Positions 8,276-16,502 of a DNA stretch of 32,000 nucleotides are shown one piece after another (position 1 is the first letter of the stretch; the number at the start of each line of letters is the position of its first letter). The stretch comes from Cyanobacteria bacterium J06621_15. Its GTDB lineage: Bacteria > Cyanobacteriota > Cyanobacteriia > Cyanobacteriales > Nostocaceae. Position numbers and translations under genes: made by a program. Under the pieces are notes generated by a model. The model did no database searches, was not told the origin of the DNA, and saw only the letters and a list, made by a program, of their open reading frames with translations. The DNA is taken from the NCBI GenBank assembly GCA_038525335.1, contig JBCBHT010000024.1:4257-36256 (forward strand). Direction: 5' to 3'.

Positions 8276-10978
8276 TTGCATAAAACCAATGCTCTAGCAA
8301 TTTTAGCTGTTGCCGGAATGGGTGGTGTGGGTAAAACCGAATTAGCGACACAGTACGCACGAAGACACGAAAATGATTATCCAGGTGGTATTTACTGGAT
8401 AAATGCCAGAAGTGGGAATATTACAGCACAGATAATTGGATTTGCTTTAAATTTAGGTTTGCAAGTTCCTCAAAAAGACTTTCAAGATAAAGCTTTGGGT
8501 ATTGTTAAGCAGGTACAGTGGTGCTGGCAAAATTGGCAGCCACCCAAAGGATTAGTATTATTTGTTTTAGATGATGTCACTGATTTAGAAGGTTTTTCTG
8601 AACTCTTACCCACAGATAGCCGCTTTCGGGTTTTAATAACAGCTAGATTGCGAAATCTCGACACCAACATTGAGGAAATATCTCTCGATGTATTGTCAGC
8701 AGAAGAAGCTTTAGAATTATTAAAAAAAATAGCTGGTGAAAAGAAAGTAAATAAAGAATTAGTAATAGCAAAAAAACTATGTACATGGTTGGGATATTTG
8801 CCTTTAGGAATAGAATTAATCGGAAGGTATATAAAGAGAAAACCTCCTCATTTTACTTTAAAGAAGATGTTAGAACTGTTGAAACAGCAACGACTGCATC
8901 AAGAAGCCATAATAAATACCCAACAAAAAACCTTGAGTACCTCACAACTGGGAGTTTTAGCAGCATTTGAATTAAGTTGGGTGGAATTGAGTGAATCAAC
9001 ACAGCAACTTGCGACGTTGTTAAGTTTATTTGCAGCAGATATTTTTGTTTGGGAATGGGTAGAATCTATGGCTCAATCCCTCAATTGGAATGATTCTGAT
9101 GTTGAGATAGCAATTGAGCAACTTTATCAACGTCATTTGGTACAGTCTTTGGAAGAGGGAGAAGAATATTACTATAAAATTCATCCTTTAATTCGAGAGT
9201 TTTTGCAAATTAAATTACAAGCATCTGCACAAATCAACGAATTAAAACGAGTGTTTACCAGTACTTTTATTGAAATTGCTCAAACAATTCCTCAATTAGC
9301 AACCTTAGAATTTATCAATTCAGTAAAAAACGCTATTCCTCATTTAGCAGAAGTTGCAGAAAATTTAACTGATGCAGTTAACGATGAAAATTTGTTTGGG
9401 GCTTTTACTGGTTTAGCTAGCTTTTACGACGCACAGGGTTTATATACATTGGCAGAACTTTGGTATGAGCAATGTGTGTCAATAGTCAAATTCCGTTTAG
9501 GAGAAAACCATCCCGATTTTGCATCCAGCTCGAACAATTTAGCTTTACTATATAAATCACAAGGAAGATATGATGAAGCCGAATTGCTTTTTATTCCAGC
9601 ATTAGAGTTAACAAAACGCCTTTTTGGCGAAAATAATCCCTACACTGCTACAAGCTTGAACAATTTAGCTGGACTCTACCACTCCCAAGGAAGACACGAT
9701 GAAGCTGAAACGCTTTTTATTCAAGCTTTAGAATTATATAAACAGCTATTGAGAGAGAAAGGAGAAAATCATCCCCAAGTTGCAACCAGCTTAAACAATT
9801 TAGCTGAACTCTACAAATCTCAAGGAAGGTACGGTGAAGCTGAAACGCTTTTTATTCAAGCTTTGAACTTAACACAGCGCTTCTTTGGTGAAAATCATCC
9901 TTACACTAGTACCACCTTGAACAATTTAGCTGGACTCTACTCTAATCAAGGAAAGTACGATAAAGCTGAACCCCTTTATATCCAAGTTTTAGATTTAAGA
10001 AAACAGCTACTTGGAGAAAACCATCCTGATACTGCTACGAGCCTCAATGATTTAGCTTTACTATATAAATATCAAGGAAGATACGATGAAGCTGAGCCTC
10101 TTTTTATCAAAACATTGAAATTAAGAATACGTATTTTAGGAGAAGATCATCTTGACACTGCTAATAGCTTGAATAATTTAGCTTTTCTTTACGATTGGCA
10201 AGGAAGATACGATGAAGCTAAACCCCTTTATATCCAAGCATTAGAGTTAAGAAAACGGTTACTTGGATTAAATCATCCTGACACTGCATCTAGCTTGAAT
10301 AATTTAGCTGGACTTTACTATCACAAAGGAAGTTATAAAGAAGCTGAACCGCTTCTAATCGAAGCATTAGAGTTAAGAAAGCGGTTACTTGGATTAAATC
10401 ATCCTGACACTGCATCTAGCCTAAACAATTTAGCTGAATTCTACCGTTCTCAAGAAAGATATGATGAAGCCAAACCGCTTTTTATCCAAGCTTTGGAGTT
10501 ACAAAAACGTCTACTTGGATTAGATCATCCCGATGTTGCACAAAGTTTGAGTAACTTAGCTGTTCTATGCTACTCCCAGCAAAGATACCATGAAGCCGAA
10601 CTGATTTTTATCAAAGCTTTGGAGTTAAGGAAACAGTTATTCGGAGAAAATCATCCCGACGTTGCACAAAGCTTGAACAATTTAGCTTCTCTCTACCACT
10701 CCCAGGGAAAGTACTCAGCAGCAAAACCTCTTTTAAAACAAGCACTAGAGTTGTATAAACAGCTATACGGAGATAATCATTCCGATGTTGCACAAAGCTT
10801 GAACAATTTAGCTTCTCTCTACGATTCGCAAGGAAAGTACTCAGTCGCAGAATCGCTTTATATCCAAGCTTTAGAGATTGCGGAGCGGGTTTTGGGCACA
10901 AATCATCCGAATACGGCGACAATTCATAATAATCTAGAATATTTACGAGTAAAGCACAGAGAAAATAAGAATCAGTAA
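8276..10978 (+). CDS. NB-ARC (STAND) NTPase fused to about 12 TPR repeats (NLR-like)
   Basis: Walker A GMGGVGKTELA (8315-8338), Walker B LVLFVLDDV, RVLITAR, GLPLA-like GYLPLGIELIG and MHD-like KIHPLIREF. These are followed by 42-aa kinesin-light-chain-type TPR units (..NHPDTASSLNNLAGLY..G.Y.EAEPL..). The TTG at 8276 is only the first possible start; homology extends upstream to 8162. Confidence 0.9.
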   Translation: MHKTNALAILAVAGMGGVGKTELATQYARRHENDYPGGIYWINARSGNITAQIIGFALNLGLQVPQKDFQDKALGIVKQVQWCWQNWQPPKGLVLFVLDDVTDLEGFSELLPTDSRFRVLITARLRNLDTNIEEISLDVLSAEEALELLKKIAGEKKVNKELVIAKKLCTWLGYLPLGIELIGRYIKRKPPHFTLKKMLELLKQQRLHQEAIINTQQKTLSTSQLGVLAAFELSWVELSESTQQLATLLSLFAADIFVWEWVESMAQSLNWNDSDVEIAIEQLYQRHLVQSLEEGEEYYYKIHPLIREFLQIKLQASAQINELKRVFTSTFIEIAQTIPQLATLEFINSVKNAIPHLAEVAENLTDAVNDENLFGAFTGLASFYDAQGLYTLAELWYEQCVSIVKFRLGENHPDFASSSNNLALLYKSQGRYDEAELLFIPALELTKRLFGENNPYTATSLNNLAGLYHSQGRHDEAETLFIQALELYKQLLREKGENHPQVATSLNNLAELYKSQGRYGEAETLFIQALNLTQRFFGENHPYTSTTLNNLAGLYSNQGKYDKAEPLYIQVLDLRKQLLGENHPDTATSLNDLALLYKYQGRYDEAEPLFIKTLKLRIRILGEDHLDTANSLNNLAFLYDWQGRYDEAKPLYIQALELRKRLLGLNHPDTASSLNNLAGLYYHKGSYKEAEPLLIEALELRKRLLGLNHPDTASSLNNLAEFYRSQERYDEAKPLFIQALELQKRLLGLDHPDVAQSLSNLAVLCYSQQRYHEAELIFIKALELRKQLFGENHPDVAQSLNNLASLYHSQGKYSAAKPLLKQALELYKQLYGDNHSDVAQSLNNLASLYDSQGKYSVAESLYIQALEIAERVLGTNHPNTATIHNNLEYLRVKHRENKNQ
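9386..10950 (+). repeat. 126-bp periodic intragenic repeats encoding the TPR array
   Basis: Units are exactly 126 bp apart. For example, 10238-10294 and 10364-10420 are 56/57 identical, and 10661-10696 and 10787-10822 are identical. Confidence 0.8.
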
Positions 10979-10983
10979 AAAGT

Positions 10984-11364
10984 CTATAAAATCGCAGACG
11001 ATATTTTTTCCAAGGAAACCAAACCATTGTCTTCAAAATTTATTTCTAGATGATATCCTTCCATCAAAGCAACTCCCAATAAAGGTTTATTACCAGAAGC
11101 TAAAACAAGGACTACTTTTTCTACATTGTCCCAAATAATTGTTGCTGAATGTATGGCTGATAGAGCTTGACTACCGTCAGCTAAGCTTATAAGCGTACTA
11201 GAATATACAGGAAGATTCATCGCATTGACAGCTTGTGGTGGTAAGGTAAGATAACCGTTGAATCCAGTATCGATAACAAAATCCACAGAAAAATCTGGCT
11301 GTGAAGGTAAACGGAAAATGACTGGAACTATTGCTTTACCCTCACTAATTCTTCCATTAATCAT
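10984..11364 (-). CDS. Retropepsin-like (clan AA) single-domain aspartic protease
   Basis: 126 aa. The catalytic D-T-G sits in a hydrophobic context (DFVIDTGFNGYLTL). The size fits a homodimeric retropepsin fold. Its start overlaps the upstream stop (ATGA). Confidence 0.75.
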   Translation of the reverse strand: MINGRISEGKAIVPVIFRLPSQPDFSVDFVIDTGFNGYLTLPPQAVNAMNLPVYSSTLISLADGSQALSAIHSATIIWDNVEKVVLVLASGNKPLLGVALMEGYHLEINFEDNGLVSLEKISSAIL

Positions 11365-11636
11365 TTAACTGTACGGTTCATCGGAGCATGACCAAAGCTG
11401 AATGCAACATCATAACCGATTCGCATGGTAAATAATCTAGCCATTGGCTTCTTCTCTTTTAACTTGATTGCTGTTTCTATACCAGTTTTATCAATTCCGT
11501 ATTCGCCAGTTTCAGCATCAATCGTAATCATCTTACCAATATTATCGTCATGCTCAACTTGTTGACGAATACCATTTTCATAAAATTCTTTAGCTCTGCG
11601 AGCAACTTCTTCGACAGTCCAGAAAAGTGATTGCAT
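11361..11636 (-). CDS. 91-aa hypothetical protein translationally coupled to the retropepsin-like protease
   Basis: ATG start and a 4-bp ATGA overlap with the protease gene. No motif recognised. Confidence 0.6.
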   Translation of the reverse strand: MQSLFWTVEEVARRAKEFYENGIRQQVEHDDNIGKMITIDAETGEYGIDKTGIETAIKLKEKKPMARLFTMRIGYDVAFSFGHAPMNRTVK

Positions 11637-11694
11637 AATTACACCTGCTTTCTACTATTGTCTATAAAATATGTCTATTTTTATTATAATTTAA

Positions 11695-11856
11695 TCAATA
11701 TTCCATAAACAAACTCGCATCAAAATGAAATAAATTACCCAACTTTTGAGCCTGTTGTGCAGTTATTTCTAAATCACCATTAATTACTTTATCAACATTT
11801 TCAATAGAACCGAAAATTGAAATTAGACTTTCCTTATTTTTATCTTGTGCTTCCAT
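11695..11856 (-). CDS. Small XRE/HigA-like HTH fragment (53 aa from the internal ATG; the ORF track extends to a TTG at 11901)
   Basis: SIFGSIENVDKVINGDLEITAQQAQKLGNLFHFDASLF resembles the recognition-helix half of antidote-type HTH proteins. It is short and has no partner toxin gene. Confidence 0.35.
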   Translation of the reverse strand: MEAQDKNKESLISIFGSIENVDKVINGDLEITAQQAQKLGNLFHFDASLFMEY

Positions 11857-11936
11857 TAAGTGTAAAATCGCAGAAATATTCTGGGATGAAAAAATTATCA
11901 ACCCAGAATATCACAAATTCAATTCCATCTTAAAAA

Positions 11937-12419
11937 TTATTTCGCTGGTCTTTCACCTAACTCAACCGACAAAGGAATAATTTCTTCATCTCGTTGAACT
12001 TTTAAATTCAAAGTATCACCAACGCTGCTTTTATTAACAACATCAAGAACATCTTTTGCTATCGTAGTTGATTTTTCTGAAATTTCTTTAATCACATCAC
12101 CTTGACGCAAACCAGCAGTTGCTGCTGCTGAATTTGGAAAAACCTTCAGAATAAATATACCTTCAGTATTTGGTAACTTAAAACCAAAATCAGGATTACT
12201 ATTGAATTTCTCAATGACTTTAGGATTAAGGGTAAGCATCTGAATACCCATAAAAGCTTTCTGTTGTTGATTTGGCTTTGAGTTAGGTATTGGCTGCTCG
12301 GTAGCTTCAGGATTAGGAGAATTAGGTACAGATTCATCAGATGTTTGAGCAAGTGTTGCAGATGAAATTCCTAATGTAGTGGTAAATAGAATAGTTAGAG
12401 GTAGTAGTAAGCGTTTCAT
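11937..12419 (-). CDS. Secreted PDZ-domain protein
   Basis: Signal peptide MKRLLLPLTILFTTTLGISSATLAQ, a low-complexity P/N/Q linker, then a PDZ-like segment (GIFILKVFPNSAAATAGLRQGDVIKEI..GDTLNLKVQRD). Confidence 0.75.
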   Translation of the reverse strand: MKRLLLPLTILFTTTLGISSATLAQTSDESVPNSPNPEATEQPIPNSKPNQQQKAFMGIQMLTLNPKVIEKFNSNPDFGFKLPNTEGIFILKVFPNSAAATAGLRQGDVIKEISEKSTTIAKDVLDVVNKSSVGDTLNLKVQRDEEIIPLSVELGERPAK

Positions 12420-12599
12420 TTTTATTAACCCTAATAGACCGAGTATCGCTTTACTATCATGATAAATATAATTGCAGCAGCTTGGTTAAGGTTACATTTT
12501 TAGAAACAGGTTTTTGCAGGGAATAAAATAGAAATATAATTATCAAAATCAAACAAAATTAAATAGTTTATGATAGAAGTCAACTTTCAATTATTGTAC

Positions 12600-12619
12600 A
12601 GACGTAATATATTACGTCT
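12600..12619. promoter_or_regulatory. Perfect 20-bp palindrome AGACGTAATATATTACGTCT, 10 nt upstream of the DUF99 start codon
   Basis: Read directly; the sequence is fully self-complementary. Its function (operator, 5'-UTR hairpin or dispersed repeat) is unknown. Confidence 0.4.
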
Positions 12620-12629
12620 CTCCTAAACC

Positions 12630-13214
12630 ATGAATCTTGAATCTCTCCTCAAATTAAATCGTACAATCCGCGTAATTGGTTTCGATGATGCTCCATTTAT
12701 TCGTGGTTCTGGAGAAAAAGTTAATTTAGCGGGAATAATTTGTGGTGGAACAAGATTTGAAGGAATGGTTTGGGGAGAGTTAGAACAAGACGGTTTTGAT
12801 TCCACAGAAACCATTTGCAATTTATTAATTAACAGCAAATTTTTACCGCAATTACATATAGTATTATTGGACGGAATTGGCTTTGGTGGATTTAACGTCG
12901 TAGACCTACCAAAACTAGCCGAAACACTCCAACTTCCCTGCGTCGCTGTAATGCGTCGTCAGCCCAATTTAGAAGCAGTTATAGACGCAATGAGTCGCTT
13001 ACCGGAATTAGAAAAAAGAAAAGAATTATTGCAGCGTGCGAGTACAATTTACGAATATCCACCCTTCGTATTTCAAGTATGTGGTGAAGACCCAAAAATC
13101 ATAGCCAAAGTATTAGAAAAACTCACAGATTGTGGAAAAGTTCCTGAAGCATTGCGACTAGCACATTTGATTACCGCTGCTGTCATGAAAGGAGAAAGCG
13201 GAAGCTCTGCATAA
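12630..13214 (+). CDS. DUF99/UPF0215-family protein (a largely archaeal-type family)
   Basis: 194 aa. The pattern IGFDDAPF...GMVWG...DG.DST...IVLLDGIGFGGFNVVD...LPCVAVMRR.P....PEALRLAHLI matches my memory of the DUF99 signature. Confidence 0.7.
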   Translation: MNLESLLKLNRTIRVIGFDDAPFIRGSGEKVNLAGIICGGTRFEGMVWGELEQDGFDSTETICNLLINSKFLPQLHIVLLDGIGFGGFNVVDLPKLAETLQLPCVAVMRRQPNLEAVIDAMSRLPELEKRKELLQRASTIYEYPPFVFQVCGEDPKIIAKVLEKLTDCGKVPEALRLAHLITAAVMKGESGSSA

Positions 13215-13226
13215 GAATATTTGCTC

Positions 13227-13282
13227 GTAGTAAAGGCTTCAGCCCTCAAAAGCTTAAAATGAAGGACTGAAGTCCTTACTAC
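13227..13282. terminator. Long hairpin between convergent genes (putative bidirectional terminator or dispersed palindrome)
   Basis: GTAGTAAAGGCTTCAG ..24 nt.. CTGAAGTCCTTACTAC. The arms are complementary apart from a central mismatch. Confidence 0.45.
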
Positions 13283-13292
13283 AAACATTTAA

Positions 13293-14327
13293 TTAACTTA
13301 CCAACTCCCCAACAACCTTCTCCAAACCCGAAACAACCCTCGCTAACTTTTCGTAATCAATATTCTCAGAAACATCATCCAAAGTATGATACTGAGTATA
13401 ACGAAAAGGAGCAGTATCCGTAACCATAATAGCTTGATAACCTTGCTGCCAAAAAGACCAGTGGTCAGACCAACCAATACCGGGTATTTGATTGAAAAAT
13501 GCTAAACCTTCAGAAGGAAATTTTACCTGCTTGCGAAATAATTTAATAGTCTTTTTAACCAATGAACTAGAATTTGTATCACCAACAAAAGCAATAAAAT
13601 TACCCTGAGAAGGATAAATTAAATTAAGTGGAAACGGATAATTTTGACTTTCTTCTTTATTAGAAAAATAACCCATAGTTTCCAAACTCAACATTGCGAC
13701 AACATTTTCATCTCTTTCCTTACAACCCTTCGCATAAACCAAACTTCCCATATTTTTAGTCCAAAAATAAGGTGGTTCTTCATTCGTAAATTCCACAAAC
13801 CGTAAAGTTTTGCTAGGCTTTTTATCCTTAAATCTTCGCGCTAATTCCAACACAGCAGCAACACCAGAACCGTTATCATTAGCCCCAGGAGTTGTAAAAG
13901 CTGTATCGTAATGTCCACCGACTACAACAATTTCATCGGGTTTATCAACACCCTTAATTTCAACTTCTAAATTAGTAAAAGTCTGATTATTTATCTGATA
14001 ACTTTGCTCTTTAACTTTATAACCAGCTTCCTGAAAAGAAGACTCTAAAAAATCCTTAGCAGCATTAATATTTTCATAATTGCTATAATTACGCATTCCA
14101 ATTTCAACACTTAACTTATTAATATCTCGCTGTAAATTATTTTGAATAACTCTTTCTTCTGCCGTTAAAGAAACTAATTCACCCCTATAACTTATTCCTG
14201 GCATTTGAAAACATGTAAACCATAACCAGCCAATCAAACTTAATAATATCGAACCTAAAATACCAAGCCTTATTAAAGCAGCTTTATTTAAAACTTTTAA
14301 TTTACGTTTTTTCTTCATTCTCTTCAT
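13293..14327 (-). CDS. M28-family metallopeptidase (aminopeptidase-like), N-terminally membrane-anchored
   Basis: VVVGGHYDT, GANDNGSGVAAVLELAR and FTNEEPP match M28 zinc-ligand motifs. There is a basic N-terminus plus a TM helix. Confidence 0.85.
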   Translation of the reverse strand: MKRMKKKRKLKVLNKAALIRLGILGSILLSLIGWLWFTCFQMPGISYRGELVSLTAEERVIQNNLQRDINKLSVEIGMRNYSNYENINAAKDFLESSFQEAGYKVKEQSYQINNQTFTNLEVEIKGVDKPDEIVVVGGHYDTAFTTPGANDNGSGVAAVLELARRFKDKKPSKTLRFVEFTNEEPPYFWTKNMGSLVYAKGCKERDENVVAMLSLETMGYFSNKEESQNYPFPLNLIYPSQGNFIAFVGDTNSSSLVKKTIKLFRKQVKFPSEGLAFFNQIPGIGWSDHWSFWQQGYQAIMVTDTAPFRYTQYHTLDDVSENIDYEKLARVVSGLEKVVGELVS

Positions 14328-14376
14328 CGATTACACCCTAAATTAAAGTAAATAATTCATTATAGTAAAAATTTTT

Positions 14377-14447
14377 TATAGGGTGTATTGCGGCTTTAAT
14401 ATATTAAAGAATAAATCTATCATGTTGAAAATGCCGTAACACATCAT
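14377..14447 (+). mobile_element. Hairpin MITE-like element, copy 1 (about 70 bp; degenerate)
   Basis: TATAGGGTGTATTGCGGC...GCCGTAACACATCAT. The terminal inverted repeats are related to copies 2 and 3. Confidence 0.55.
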
Positions 14448-14604
14448 TTCCCTTATATAAGAAGGTTTTTAGACAACTATACTAAATTATTTTATATACT
14501 TATTTTCAATCTGAAATCAAACAAATATATCCGTTTCTAACAGCTCATCCGTTGCCAAAATTTCCTTACTGTCATAATAGACATAAAAGCCAAAACCTAA
14601 GACT

Positions 14605-15264
14605 ATGACAGCTACAACCACCACACAACAAAAATCCGATATCTTCTATCCTAGCTCCGACGGAGAACCCGTGGCTGAAACCTATATTCACCTCTACGCT
14701 ATATTGACAACCCTGGAAGTACTCAGACAATACCTCCAAGGACAACAAGCAACCGTTTTAGCAAATCAATTTTTATATTATGCTCAAGGATTTCCAAAAT
14801 TACGAGTAGCACCCGACGTAATGGTAATATTTGATGTCGAACCTGGAGGAAGAGACAACTACAAAATTTGGAAAGAAGGTAAAGTTCCCTCAGTAATTTT
14901 TGAAATGACATTAAAGGGTACTCAAAAGCAAGACATCGAGCAGAAAAAACTTTTATACGAACAATTAGAAGTACAAGAATATTGGCTTTTCGACCCCAAA
15001 GGAGAATGGGTAGAAGAAAAATTACGAGGTTATCGTTTACAAGAAGAAACTTACCAATTAATTACAGATAGTCGCAGCGAAGCATTAAAATTACGTTTAA
15101 CAATAGAAGAAGAATTAATCAGTTTTTATCGTGAAGACACCGGAAAAAAATTATTAATACCCGACGAACTAGCATCTAAGTTAAATGAAGAAACTCAAAG
15201 AGCAAACGAAGCAGAAGAACTTTTAGCTCGTTATCGAGAACGTTTTGGAGAATTAGACGAATAA
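14605..15264 (+). CDS. Uma2-family (DUF820) PD-(D/E)xK nuclease-fold protein
   Basis: YPSSDGEPVAE, VAPDVMVIF and PSVIFEMTLKGT...LLYEQLEVQEYWLFDP match the Uma2 pattern that is abundant in cyanobacteria. Confidence 0.8.
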   Translation: MTATTTTQQKSDIFYPSSDGEPVAETYIHLYAILTTLEVLRQYLQGQQATVLANQFLYYAQGFPKLRVAPDVMVIFDVEPGGRDNYKIWKEGKVPSVIFEMTLKGTQKQDIEQKKLLYEQLEVQEYWLFDPKGEWVEEKLRGYRLQEETYQLITDSRSEALKLRLTIEEELISFYREDTGKKLLIPDELASKLNEETQRANEAEELLARYRERFGELDE

Positions 15265-15265
15265 C

Positions 15266-15337
15266 TTGTAGGGTGCTGTTACGGCTCCAATATCTTAAAC
15301 CATAAACTACCATCTAAAAAATGCCGTAACGCACCAT
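15266..15337 (+). mobile_element. Hairpin MITE-like element, copy 2
   Basis: TTGTAGGGTGCTGTTACGGC ... GCCGTAACGCACCAT. The ends are inverse-complementary (GGTGC.GTTACGGC / GCCGTAACGCACC). Confidence 0.65.
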
Positions 15338-15391
15338 TTAAAATCAATCAAAAAAGGTTATAACCGATAAACATTTAATACAAAATTATAA

Positions 15392-16459
15392 ATGTCAGAA
15401 TCGAAAATTTCAGAATTAACACCAGAACAGCAAGCTTTAATTCCAATATATCGAGAAAAATGGATAAAAATAGCTCTTTCAACAGAAAGAATTGATAGAG
15501 AAAAAGCAGTAGAAGCGATTAAACAAGCTTATGATTTTGTGGGTGAAAAACAACCAAAAGTTCTATTTCTTAGAAGTCCAGTAGAAATATTAGAAAAATT
15601 ACATATTTGGAAAAAGCATAATATTGAATATAGACCAATTAATAAAATATGGAAATTAATTACCAACCTGCATGACAATATAGTTGAAAAATTAGAAGAT
15701 AAATTCGGCGAATATATAGATGATGATATTTATCTTCAATTATCTGAACCAATAAATCTCTGTTGCGAAGAAATATGGGGTGGTATTAGTTCAACGGTTA
15801 GTAAAGATTTATTTCCACTATTTTATGATTTAGGCAATGATTGTAAATTAAATGATGAAACTGTACATGCTAGCTTTTTAGATTATTATTTGAAAGTTTT
15901 AAACATCAGCATCAGCCACATAGAAAATTCACAATGGGAAATTTATAAATCACTAATTTTAAATTGCGGTTGGATAATTTTCGGTAAAAATGTTTGCTTA
16001 GTTTCCGAACGTCCTTTAAAGCTATTTCTTAATAATGAAAATCTCCTCCACGCACAAGCTAAACCAGCATTAGAATATGCAGATGGGATAAAAGTATATG
16101 CCTATCATGGAATGATAATACCCGAAAAATACGGAAAATACCATCCCAATCAATGGGAACCATCATGGCTTCTACAAGAACAAAATGCCGAACTCAGAAA
16201 AATATTAATTCAAGAAATAGGTTATCACCGTATTCTCGAAGAATTACAAGCCATAGAAATAGATTCTTATCAAGAATACACTTTACTTAAAATAAATTCA
16301 GACATCGACATTGAACCAATTTACTTATTAAAAATGACTTGTCCTTCCACAGGAGATATTCACGTTTTGCGAGTACCTCCTCAAATGAAATCAGCCCATG
16401 AAGCGATAACTTGGATAAATTGGGGAATTCCACCCGAAGACTTTGCAATTCAAACTTGA
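15392..16459 (+). CDS. 355-aa conserved hypothetical protein (possibly DUF6745-like)
   Basis: Long, AT-rich ORF with an ATG start. The N-terminal LTPEQQALIPIYREKWIKIALSTERIDREKA and C-terminal LRVPPQMKSAHEAITWINWG segments resemble a family I recall from cyanobacteria and actinobacteria. The function is unknown. Confidence 0.65.
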   Translation: MSESKISELTPEQQALIPIYREKWIKIALSTERIDREKAVEAIKQAYDFVGEKQPKVLFLRSPVEILEKLHIWKKHNIEYRPINKIWKLITNLHDNIVEKLEDKFGEYIDDDIYLQLSEPINLCCEEIWGGISSTVSKDLFPLFYDLGNDCKLNDETVHASFLDYYLKVLNISISHIENSQWEIYKSLILNCGWIIFGKNVCLVSERPLKLFLNNENLLHAQAKPALEYADGIKVYAYHGMIIPEKYGKYHPNQWEPSWLLQEQNAELRKILIQEIGYHRILEELQAIEIDSYQEYTLLKINSDIDIEPIYLLKMTCPSTGDIHVLRVPPQMKSAHEAITWINWGIPPEDFAIQT

Positions 16460-16502
16460 AATTATGTTTTTAGAATAAATTATTTAGTTATTTTTTAAAT
16501 AA

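Larger units (their letters stand above)
7742..10978 (+). pseudogene. Alternative reading: a single 1078-codon STAND/NLR-like gene interrupted by one internal TGA (a pseudogene, or a recoded/readthrough gene)
   Basis: 7742 and 8276 are in the same frame. Codons 8162-8275 are open and encode ..IPNRGATNFVGRRDELIIIHRKL, the conserved pre-P-loop segment of NB-ARC proteins. That stretch has no ATG, GTG or TTG. Confidence 0.45.
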
